Shown here piece after piece: positions 53,184-64,000 of a stretch of DNA of 64,000 nt (the stretch's first letter is position 1; the number at the start of each line of letters is the position of its first letter). The stretch covers positions 12,152,001-12,216,000 of the forward strand of contig JBITNC010000001.1 of the NCBI GenBank assembly GCA_050084985.1, written 5' to 3'. This DNA is from Nageia nagi (Eukaryota; Plantae; Pinophyta). Made by a program: the position numbers and the translations under genes. The notes under the pieces were generated by a model. That model did not search any database. It saw nothing but the letters and a program-made list of their open reading frames with translations, and was not told where the DNA came from.

Positions 53184-54008
53184 TTGAAAAATGTTAATTT
53201 CCATGCTACTAGAGGACTTAACATGGTCCTCTAGGTATTGCCATTTCTCGGGCTCTCTCTCTGTTCTCCATTCCTAGGCATGAGTTATTCTCTAGGCATT
53301 ACACATTCTACTCCAGGCTTTGTTTCTTTACATAAGACTAAAACCTCTCCAAGATGTGTTCATTCTTTGCATCAGGACCTCCTTATCTAGGATCTATCTT
53401 ATTCCATTTGGGACTTTCTTAGTCTTCTTTTCCTAGGACTAATTGCACCTGCTATTTTGAATGATTGACATTCTCATTTTATACATCAAAACCCAGGTCT
53501 TCTTACATAATGATGTCTTTTTTTTTTGCTCTGGAACCTAGATTTGACATCTATTTTGCTTCAAAACTCATATTTCACTTCATAGAAGTATTTCTACCCT
53601 AGAATTAAATGCTCAATCATTAACATTAATGTTTGAACATCGACATTAATTCTCTATACAAGAATGGTTGTAACATTCAATCTCATGCCAAAAGAAAGGG
53701 CATGACCTTCTATAGAATGAATGGCAAAATAAGTGCAAAGAGCCATGTTGCATTTAATTTTATTTTTTATCAAGTAGTAGGCATATAATATTTTATATTA
53801 GTATAAATATAGGTAACCTATGTGTAAAGTTATTGATGGGGGAGTAGACTAAACACGAGACATGTATGTTTTGTTGTTAGCTCCAAGAGAGCCTTGTAAT
53901 AATTTCCACTTCTCTATAATACGAATATATTTTGGTCTCCAATTTATCTCATTATTGATTCTGCCTATGGTTAGCCTTACTATTTTTCTAACTATACACA
54001 TTATCATT
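53184..54008. repeat. Direct repeat copy 2 (with a ~90-bp deletion near 53668 relative to copy 1)
   Basis: Colinear with 49121-50020. Confidence 0.88.
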
Positions 54009-54929
54009 TATTTTTCTTCAAAATATTCAACACTCCCATGGAAACACAAACATTATTAGAATTACATGGTGACTACCATATTGCAGTCAAGTTTACTTCC
54101 ATTATTGTATGAGATACTAATCGATTTTATCATTTCAATTAATGATAATGTCCTTTTGGATATTATTGGTAATGCAAATAATGTAAGATCTAAAGACCTC
54201 TAACAAAGATATAGAGCACACTTTCAGTTGAAATGAAATCATTGCTCATTTAAAAATATTATTATTAAATATTAGTGCAAATAGAGAATGTTATTAAATG
54301 CAGACATCATATTTCAAGAAATCGTAAAGATGAAAGAAGACTTACTTGAAGTTAAATATAAAACACTCAACAAATAATAAAGATTTTGCAAAAGGGCTTA
54401 AAAGTAAAATACTACTTGGTTACTAGAGAGAAAAGAAACTTTTAACTATACTTTGTCCTTTTCATTATCATTTTATGCAGTCCCTTTTTTCATTCCATTC
54501 CTTATGCTATTGACCATATGGGCCCAAACTTCTTTATGGGTTGACTCAATTTTTGCATTATTCATGGATAGATTTACCAAAAAATATTGTTATCTAGATT
54601 TAATTTTAGGAATTCTGTAGTGAAAGGTGTGATCCGTGAGGCTTTCTAAACCATTTTATTGTATCCAAAAATTTAGCCACACAGTTTTAGTGAAAGAGGA
54701 CCATAAATACTTAAAATCCATAATGATTATTATTGTATTACTCCAAGAGTGAATTATAACCTATATGTATTAATGATAATATTGATTGCATTAGTCATAG
54801 TGAAGATTTTATATACTAATAAGTGTTTCATTTTGCACTATTCTTAAAATGAATCATTAAACTTCCTTGTTAACCTTTCTGATTGCAAGTATATTGAAAG
54901 TATGTTACTCATTATGTTAAATTATACTT

Positions 54930-55210
54930 TCATTGTTAGTATAAGAGAATGACCATTACATTATTCCTTGGAGGGACCATTAAACAATAAATAATCTTCT
55001 TAACTATGAAAGCTTACTGAGGAAGCTCAAAATTCATAGTCAAAATACGAACTGGGTTTGTGGATGTGTTGTTTGGTGCATGTAGAGTACAAAGGAAATT
55101 ATGATAGCAATCCTTATTAGTAATCTAAATATGTCCATCTTATATTCTTCCTTCAAATATTAAATTGTTGAAATGGGTAGCAGAGATGATGATCAAATGA
55201 GTAAATGGTT
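54930..55210 (+). pseudogene. PPR E1/E2 motif remnant
   Basis: Frameshifted EEAQN...ELGLWMC..GACRV and SYILPSNI...MG.RDD. Confidence 0.45.
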
Positions 55211-58083
55211 GCAACTTATTTTTGCAAACCATATGAAATTGCATTCTAAATGGGAAGGTGTTGTTGATACCATCATACACTTTATAAAAGAAATTGTATA
55301 GCCATGAATTTTTGGAAATTTATATCAAAAAGCCTTAATTAGATTATGAACTCTTAATATGAACAAATAATATTATTATTACATAGAGTATGTTTTAATG
55401 GTTGTTGCCTCTCTTCTTTATATAATTGATTATGTTGATATAACATTGAGGTATTGATAGTTAGTATATTGTTCTTTTGTATATAACGTAGTTGTCTGCA
55501 TGTCACCCGATATTCATCTATATTATAGCATTTGATATCAAAAATTATGCTCAAAGTTCATAATCATATCATATAGTAGAAACCATGTTAGTCTACTATT
55601 GTCATCTTTAGCATTTATTGATAATAAAATCATTTAGCAACATATATACATCACTTGGATCCATAAGAAGGAATGTTATTGAAGATTGTAGAAGAACAAT
55701 CATGAGATTTTGCAAAATTACATGCTACCTTTCTGTTGAATATATGTGTGTGTAACTTATAGTTTGCATTGGATTTTGATAGGATGCATGGTTGCATGGG
55801 TCAAGATACCAATAAGCATGATTCACATTGCATTGTGGTCAAGCATATAAGGGATTTTCCCATTTTCTTGAGCTCAAGGGGGATGGAGGAGAAACAACGA
55901 TATCAATACTCTATCCCATGGTTGAGAGCAATTGTGTTTCCTATGGAGAGCCTTATTCGAACATTAATTTGATCCATTAGGTCTTTTTTTTTTTTTGAAA
56001 AATGTTAACTACTCAAGTTTAAACCTAATATAGTTTTCTTGTATAAAGATTTTGTTTTCATGGATGCGTACCCTTTGAGGATAATGGATCAATTTAGTGA
56101 AGACTCCTTTCATAAAATAGTAGTATTACTTTATGTCAATAGAGTTTTTGAGATGTCATTTGAAGCCCCTATGGAATTTAGTATTGTGATAAACTTATTG
56201 CACCAATTGATTGTAGAACTCAATATGGACAAAAAATATTAGTTTTATTTACATATGGAAGGTATCTTGTTGCAAAATATATTGTTAATATATGAATATG
56301 GAAAAATAAGAAGTTCAATTTAGTTGTTGTAAAATGTATGCTAAAACCACTTATTTGTATCTTGTTATAAATGTTGATATAACAAGCTATATAACACTTT
56401 GTTATAAATTTCTGTAATAATGGTTAAAGGAAGAATATTGTTGTGTATGTAGTTATGGATGGAATCCTAAGGATAATTGTAGAATTGCCAGAAATACATA
56501 TGAATAATACACTTTACTACATGCATGAAGTTAAAATGTTTATAAAATTTTTACATGGTAAATTGTATAGATACATGTTGATGAATTTGTATAATGAATA
56601 ATTATCTCTTCGAGTTCTTTTTGGCATTTAAATATGTATGCATTATGATGGGTTCCTGTGAAAGATGCAAGCCATATTAGTTTCTAAATTTTATTGGTTC
56701 ATAATAATGTGTAAAATTATATGTCGTTAATATGATTTGATTCAAAGTTTATCTTTGCTTATTAAATTATATGGATATGACCCAAAATGATAAAGTAGGT
56801 TGAATAGATACAATTATACTCTTATTTTATAATATCATATAGGAAAACTCTATTGTTTAAGGTGATAGAATAAGTAATATAGTTAAGCTTAGGAATCTTC
56901 TTTATCTATAAGAATGGACTACAATGCTTATGAAAATTCATTAATGTAAAAACTATGATCGAGTGATCTCGATTGGCTTACAAAGAGCACCTTTAAATAA
57001 AGTGACAAGTATGCCCAAACTCATATCATCAAATTGAGTTAAACCATCATGAAATGTTTATATATTATTGAGAGGTAACTTATAAATATGAAAAATTACA
57101 TGAGTTAGAAATAAATGAGTCAAGGGATGTGGTTTTATATGAATCTTAACTCTTTAGAAAAAGAATGTTGGAGAGAATCCAAGACTGGTAATATTGGAAT
57201 ATCTAAAGGGGATAAATTTAGAATTACATGAAATGATAATACAACTCACAAGGATGAGATAGTAACTAATCCAAGTTCATAAACAACACTTGGGTAAAGA
57301 AGATGAGCTCAAAACTATTGAGTAATTGATAAACCATGATCCCAACCTAATGAACTTGAATAAGCCACCAAATTTTAGGGAAAAGTAACTCAAACACATT
57401 TTCTTATGAATGAAGGCTAACTAGTATGAAAAAGACCTAGGTCAAGAGCTAGGATAAGTTTAACTACTCCCTTTAAACCTTGAATAAAAAAATATGATAT
57501 GGAAAGGATTATGGTACTTGATCAAGACCACTAGAGGTATATGCTTAGGATGAACCAAGATAAGATTCATCCCTTGAGATCTATACTAAAGTATTGGTGT
57601 GGCTGGTAATATCCCTAAATACTATGAGGATCATAGGCGAGGGTAGAAGTCCCCAAAAGTCTATTATGAACATAGAAATGGAATTTGATGCTATTGATAG
57701 GTTAGTAGTGTTAAATGTATGCATTTAAAGTTAATTTTATGTATTAGCTAGTTATTTGCAACAACATTGTGTAATACATAAGCTATGAACATGCTTTCCA
57801 TTTGTTGTTTTAAAAAAATAAATTGGTTTGGTCTTGGTCATAAGTTGAATGTAACATTAAGACAAAATAGTAGCAAAATATGATAAACATTCTTTGGATG
57901 ATATACTATGATTATTTTTCTTAATTTAGCTTATAAATGATTTAGGATAGTTTTTGGATGAAAGTGAGGCTAGATCTCAAATGATGTTCTTCAAAATCAT
58001 GATTCCTTGCCTGAGTATATTAGAGGCAAAATTGAATAACTGAAGTTAAGGGAGAAAAAGGAAACCAAGTTTTCATTAGATAT

Positions 58084-58088
<5 letters not shown>

Positions 58089-58128
<40 letters not shown>
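58089..58128. repeat. (TA)n microsatellite, about 20 units
   Basis: Direct reading. Confidence 0.95.
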
Positions 58129-58130
<2 letters not shown>

Positions 58131-60244
58131 ATTTAAATCAAGCACCTTGAATGATATATGAGGTTACCTCTACTATACTAAACTCTTTTTATTTTATTTT
58201 ATGTAGTAGTAATTTTAAGTAGTTTAAAGGGGTGTGTTCTTTTTACTTTTTTGATACTCTTTGTGGTACACCAACACATAGAGAGGGAAGAATGGTACAT
58301 TTATGATTATGACATTGATATTTAAGTTTGAGTTTTCTATATAAGAATGGGGATATTATTCATAATATTGGAGTTGATTGATGAAAGTTCATTCCTTAAC
58401 AAAGCATTGATAAAAATCAAAATCGGGCTTGGAAAAGAGATTCAAGTAGGAGTTTATCTAGAAAGGAAGAAAGAAGAAATTATTAAAAAGTATTCTACAA
58501 ATACTTTGAGATATTTTCTTATAATTATATTGATATTTTTTACTTAGATTCTAAGTTTCTCACTCATAGTTTGGTTATGAGGAATTATGCTAAGTTAGTA
58601 ACTCAAAAACCTATGAAATTTAATCAAAATAAATTATGAGGAATTATGAAATATTATAGAAAAATTGTAGCTCTGGCACTAATAACTTTACTCAAAATAA
58701 ATTATGAGGTGTAGTGCACTTGGGCTTGGGCACGATGCACTTGGAGCAAGGCATGTCGTGCTTGGTATTAGGTGCAATGTATTTTAGTATTGATATTCTA
58801 GATGTAGTGTGGATAGGATGGGGTATAATGTGTCCAATATGGGACATAATGTGCTTGGGGAGATGCTCCAAAATGCAATGTAAACAAAAAAGAGATATGG
58901 CAAATTTGGTGTGGGATATAGTGCGCTTGAAGTGAGGTATCTTTTTCCGTATGATGATATTTTAGACTCTGTAATTAAGCCTACAAAATAAGCTTTTATT
59001 CCTATACATGTCACACCTAGTACCATATGCAGTAGGACATTATATTTGGCCAAAAACTAGATATATAAGCTCTAAATGTTTAGATTTGATTAATTCATAT
59101 TCATATATTATCAGGTTCACCACTTAATGTATCACCTAAAATCCCTTCTTACCATGTACCAAACATGCTCAAGATATGAGCACATACAAGAATTCTAGAT
59201 AACACATAACATATGCTTTCTAAGTTAAAAATAATGCAAATATGAGTTAAATATATGAGTAAAACTTTCAATTATATTTCAATAATCTATTACAACATCA
59301 AAGAAAACTTAAATGCATCTAAATATGTTAGGCGTACCTCTAATTTGTGTGCCTTAAGGCACCTAAATGAGCTTGGAGTGAGTTGCCTCATTCCAAATGG
59401 TAATGTGAGCCCCCTAGATTTAATTCAATGAAGCCAATGTATATTATTGTACCTATTATGCAAAGCGTGTATGCCTAAGTGATTTGGAACAATTTAAAAT
59501 GATGTTATGACAATTTAATATAGATTCAACCACATAATTATTCAATTGAACTACAATTTAGATTTGAAACCCTATGATAATCAAAACCCTACAAATACCA
59601 AGAAACCTTAAAGATCCTTAGATCTAAAGGATCTAAGGATATGCATAAGGTTTATAACACATAACATAACATTTGCTTTCTATATGCACATAACCTAGGA
59701 AATAATTAAATATTTAAGCAAGGATACTTCTCCACCAAGCTTTAGCCCACTTCTAAAGGTGAGAATACTTTGAAACTTGCATTTCACCATAAGAACACCA
59801 CAATCTTGCAATATAATATGGAATGCAATCACTAGAAGTTACCCAATGGATTTGTGTTGATTATTTTAGGCATATTATGGTTGAAATTCTCCAAAATAGC
59901 TTCAAACCCTAGCTTGATCTTATCAAACCCCAGCATGAAATATTAGAATAATTTTGATAGCAAAAGTTCATAAGTGAGCAATAGAAAAATGAGTTAGGAG
60001 AGAGAATTATATATCTCCTTTATAACTTAATCTTAGATATCTATGAAATACATATTTTTCTTTAATTGGTTTTTAAGTTTAAATTATTGTTCCTTTTTGG
60101 ATATTTAACACTTCATGAAATATTTTTCTTTTTATAACATTTGAATATTTACTTTCTTAAAAATTGGGATATTTAGAATTAAGCAAAATTATGAACTAAC
60201 CATATTAGTGCAATTAATTCATGTTTTAAAAAAAATGTTATTTT

Positions 60245-60680
60245 AGGTAACTATATAAGGAATGGTTGTAGTAAGGAACCCATCAAACTATTTGAACAAA
60301 TGGAATATCTAGGTATTAATCTAGATGATGTTATATTTATTAATGTATGTTTTAAATTCATAGAAAAATAATTAGATTTGGGTTTCTTTCATGTACAATT
60401 ATGATAATAGGCCTCAAAAATATTTATATTGTAAATGTGGGAGCATTAAGATGATAATGGTTTTTACTGATAAGATGCATTATGAATAAATTATTTCAAA
60501 AAATAAAATAATTGAAAGGTATGCAAGGAATGGTTGTAGCAAGAAAGCCATGAAATTATTTGTACAAATAGAATATGTGGGAATTAATACATATAATGCT
60601 AAATTCAGTAGTGTATTTTTCAAATTCATAGAAAGATAATTAGATATGGGTTTCTTTTGCATGCAATTATGATAACAACC
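60245..60680 (+). pseudogene. Two duplicated PPR motif remnants
   Basis: YIRNGCSKEPIKLFEQMEYLGINLDDVIFINV and YARNGCSKKAMKLFVQIEYVGIN; ~160-bp copies at ~60248 and ~60517. Confidence 0.65.
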
Positions 60681-60699
60681 TTATATATATATATTATTG

Positions 60700-61235
60700 A
60701 GCAGAAAAGTGGATCCCTATCAACTAAGAATTGGATGGAAGATAAGCCCTCCAACCTCCAGTTTACAAGTTGGTTCTTGCCCTTCTCACCATAGGAAGGC
60801 TTAGGTGAAATTTTAAAAGTTGGGAGAAATAAAAGGACAATACACATTAAAAGGTGTAGGGTGCATGGAAAGAGATGGGAAATGATCCTGAGGCTTGTGT
60901 GCCCATATTTTCAACAATGGATCTTTTCATAGCCAACTAGGCTATCAAAAACATGGGGGGAGTAATTTATTCAATGGGGTCCAAGTAATAGCCACAGTAC
61001 AAGGAAGTGCAAGTAGTCCAAAAAAACACTCCCAAATAAGATCAACCTTAATGGTATTTCACTTAGGGTCACTTCCACAATGTATTAGCATCCTTAGCTT
61101 AGACTTTATGAACATGATCATCCCTACATCAATGTGACTAACTCCCTCAGCATTAGGAAGTAAAAACATCATCACTAACATAAAAATAATTACATCCATA
61201 AATTGAGAATGGAAAATATGCAAGTGAAAGACTAT
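60700..61235 (-). mobile_element. LINE RT fragment, decayed
   Basis: HLHI..QFMD-like segment and ...KNQLVNWRL-like segment typical of the L1 RT C-terminal region. Confidence 0.45.
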
Positions 61236-62055
61236 TTTTCATTATATAAAGATAAATTTATAATACATGGATGACTCTAACATGAAGAAAGTTATCTTTC
61301 ATCGATTAATCCTACGATAAATATTAAATTCCTTCAACTAAATCTCACATAACTAATGTATAAATGATATAAAATATTTTTATAATGCTAATCAATCTCT
61401 TCTCTAGACTATTAGACTTGATCTAATAGGAGGAACAGTATCCATTTTAGTACAAATTTAATATTTTGGAGGCTTAACTGCTCTATAGAACTTTTACCAT
61501 ATTGACTAACTTTTGAAAAGTACTTTCTTGATTTAGCAAAAGTAATCATAGATTTTTATGACAATACTTTAAACTTTCTCTAACTATACATTGTTGATAC
61601 CTTCGCAGTGTACTAACACCATTTCATAACTTTCCAGATTTTGTATTTGGAAATCCATCCATCTTTTATTGGCCATTGAATACTCATTCCGTCAATATAG
61701 GTGGCTTTCGTCTCTCGTGTGATAAAGATCATAGTTGGGAAGTTCTTTGGTTTCTGTGTGCTGGCTTCCGAAACAAAATAATCAATAGAACCTATTATTC
61801 CGTTGTGAGATAAGTGACGTCATTAGGCTCTAGCTCTGGGTTATAAATGAAATAATGACTATCGAGTATCAAAATTTAGCACCTCTCATGGCCGAAAAGC
61901 TTATTTTGATGGCATTTTACATATTTAAATATTGAGGCATAAATATTTACATGGGAATTTATACATGGTTTTTTATACAAAGGGACGTTTATATAGCTAG
62001 GAACATAGGATATACGGCCAAGTTGAATATATGGTAACAGAGAATAGACAAATAC

Positions 62056-62541
62056 CAATTTGGTAAAACCACAAACCTTGGCGGAATTGATTACACAATG
62101 GAATCTAGGAGGTGAGAAGTTGAAAACTAGACAAGTAGAAGGTATGATCAATGCACAGTTATGTTGGACCATTTGGAAAGAGAGAAATGTTAGGATCTTC
62201 AAGGATCGTAGTCAACCCACAGATAAGGGCCAACAAAAGAAAATGTTCAAGTATGTGTTAAGATGGATGCTGAAAAAGATGAGGAACTGATCAATTTACT
62301 ATCCAAGTTGGAATTTGGAGACAGAAGTATTGTGAATGTGGACACCCAAGAAGAAGCGCAAGGGATAGAGGTTGAAACAGAGGAATGCCATGTGAGGTAT
62401 AAGATGTAATAATATTGTAAATTTGGTACAATTTGAGCTCCTAACAGGCTATGATTGAGTAGCATTATTGTTTATTTTGAAGTCAGATTTTAGGATTCTA
62501 TCAAAACCCATTTTTTTAAATATAATTTACCTATAAAAAAA
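62056..62541 (+). mobile_element. 5'-truncated LINE 3' end
   Basis: CWTIWKERNVRIFKD motif, 3'UTR, A7 tail at ~62535-62541. Confidence 0.75.
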
Positions 62542-63284
62542 TTTAAAAATGCTTAAACGTAAATAATCTTCAACAATTATTTTCTATGGTAGTGGCCTGT
62601 CTAGTTGTGTAGGCTATGTTTGATGCCATGAGTTGAGCAGCAGGTATCAAAAATAGGTACCGAGACTTATCATTACCATCATCACACCGAAACACATCAA
62701 CCGAATTGTGATTAGGGAAGTTCTACTCTACAGAATAAGCATTTTTGTTAATGAAATATCTTGGCTGAAAACCAGCAATCATAGCAATATGTGACTTTAC
62801 TATATAATGCAAAGCTATCGACAACTATCCTAAAAGATATGGGGCAAGCATAACTGATTTTATGCTTGTGACAGTTATGCTTGCCCCATACCATTGTTAC
62901 AGGTTTTCATCGCGAACGTCATGTTGTTTTCTATATTAGTATTAGTTGACTATAGGATGTTGAACCAAATGTGTCTCTCACCAAAACTAAAGAACGAAAA
63001 AATCATATCGATGCCCACAGAGACTAGAAAAATCTGGCTGCTGAGATCACAACTTAGGAATTATCTACGAAGACACAAAGATCAAAACGTAGCAATTTAG
63101 TACACAGCCCACAGACCGCATATTCTGACTAATCCCTTCCTAAAACAAAAAAGGAAAAGTTGAAACCCATGAAAAGATACTGTACTGTACAGCACTAGAT
63201 GCACTACATTGCGACTGTGCCCAGCGTTTGACGATAAGAATAAGTTTGATTTCACCTATGTGGAGATGGAACATGAGAATCGAA

Positions 63285-63384
63285 NNNNNNNNNNNNNNNN
63301 NNNNNNNNNNNNNNNNNNNNNNNNNNNNNNNNNNNNNNNNNNNNNNNNNNNNNNNNNNNNNNNNNNNNNNNNNNNNNNNNNNNN
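63285..63384. other. Assembly gap (100 N)
   Basis: Run of N. Confidence 1.
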
Positions 63385-63559
63385 TTCAAGAAAGGCATTC
63401 ATTCCAGACAATATCACCATGAGTTAGTGGTAAGTTTATGAACCACATTCTGAATGGTGAATGTTGTGAGACATCCAACATTTAGATTTGGTACCTTTTG
63501 GTTATGTTACCCTTGTGTTCAACATAGATCCACCAATAAGGTAGTGATGGACACAACCT

Positions 63560-64000
63560 TCAAGGTTGAAAAGTTGATAAGGAGTGATGTACTTTGTACC
63601 CTTTCTAGAGTTTGTTGTTGATGAGGACATCAACTATTCTAAGTGGGGGAGAATGTGAGAGGGCCACCTCTCCCAGGGTTGTGAGTGTGCTTAGAGTGTA
63701 ACCTCTAGCACATGGAGACCCATTTCGAACCCAAACTATCATGCTTGAGGAACTATGGTGGACATAGATGCGAGTTTGTTCCTATGGTTACACTAGCTGG
63801 GATGAAAGGGTGAATAAAGCTTAGGGGGACCTTAGGGGTGCAACCCATTAGAAGGTTGTTGGTTGGGTGGTGAGCGCTAGGTCTCTAGTAACTATGATAA
63901 TCCAATGCTCCAAGGGGCCAGATCAACCCTAAAGGCATGAGGCCTCAAGTAGTATGTAACTACGAAGTTGATGGATAGGCAGAGTTGGCTAGACATGCGG
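63560..64000 (+). mobile_element. Ty3/gypsy 3' end: PPT and start of 3' LTR
   Basis: gaggacatcaactattctaagtgggggagaa|TGTGAG (LTR from 63654), a typical gypsy PPT context. Confidence 0.6.

Noticed and set aside
49121-54008. Intact copia element with two LTRs
   Set aside because: No PBS or gag after copy 1, and the PPT does not abut copy 2.
55300-60200. Short ORFs and possible LTR pieces in the AT-rich stretch
   Set aside because: No recognisable motif or termini; probably old repeat debris that I cannot classify.
63209-63427. ORFs spanning the N run
   Set aside because: Artefacts of the assembly gap.

Overview
AT-rich, strongly CpG-depleted plant nuclear DNA made almost entirely of old, nested, decayed transposable elements. 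The TE repertoire and PPR style suggest a large gymnosperm-like genome (inference). No intact protein-coding gene is supported. In order: (1) a 5'-truncated SIRE/Maximus-like Ty1/copia on the minus strand (282-12657); (2) inside its RT, a ~6 kb TG..CA unit with a 5-bp TSD (3433-9423) that looks like a single giant LTR carrying a decayed ~1,070-codon unknown ORF and an array of seven ~55-bp palindromes; (3) a second ORF-bearing LTR-like fragment (12658-16389); (4) two inverted copies of one LTR family; (5) two Tat/Ogre-like Ty3/gypsy copies, one split by a minisatellite-rich insert that contains a full-length L1 LINE with a 19-bp TSD; (6) copia remnants; (7) a mosaic of PLS/E-class PPR pseudogene fragments, partly amplified into tandem repeats and interrupted by an ORF1-only LINE-like element; (8) a ~0.9 kb duplication flanking a copia pol fragment; (9) LINE fragments, a possible host-gene 3' end, a 100-N gap and a gypsy 3' end. 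The most intriguing candidate system is the gene-carrying giant LTR with its palindrome array. All coordinates were read by eye; ends of decayed features are approximate.
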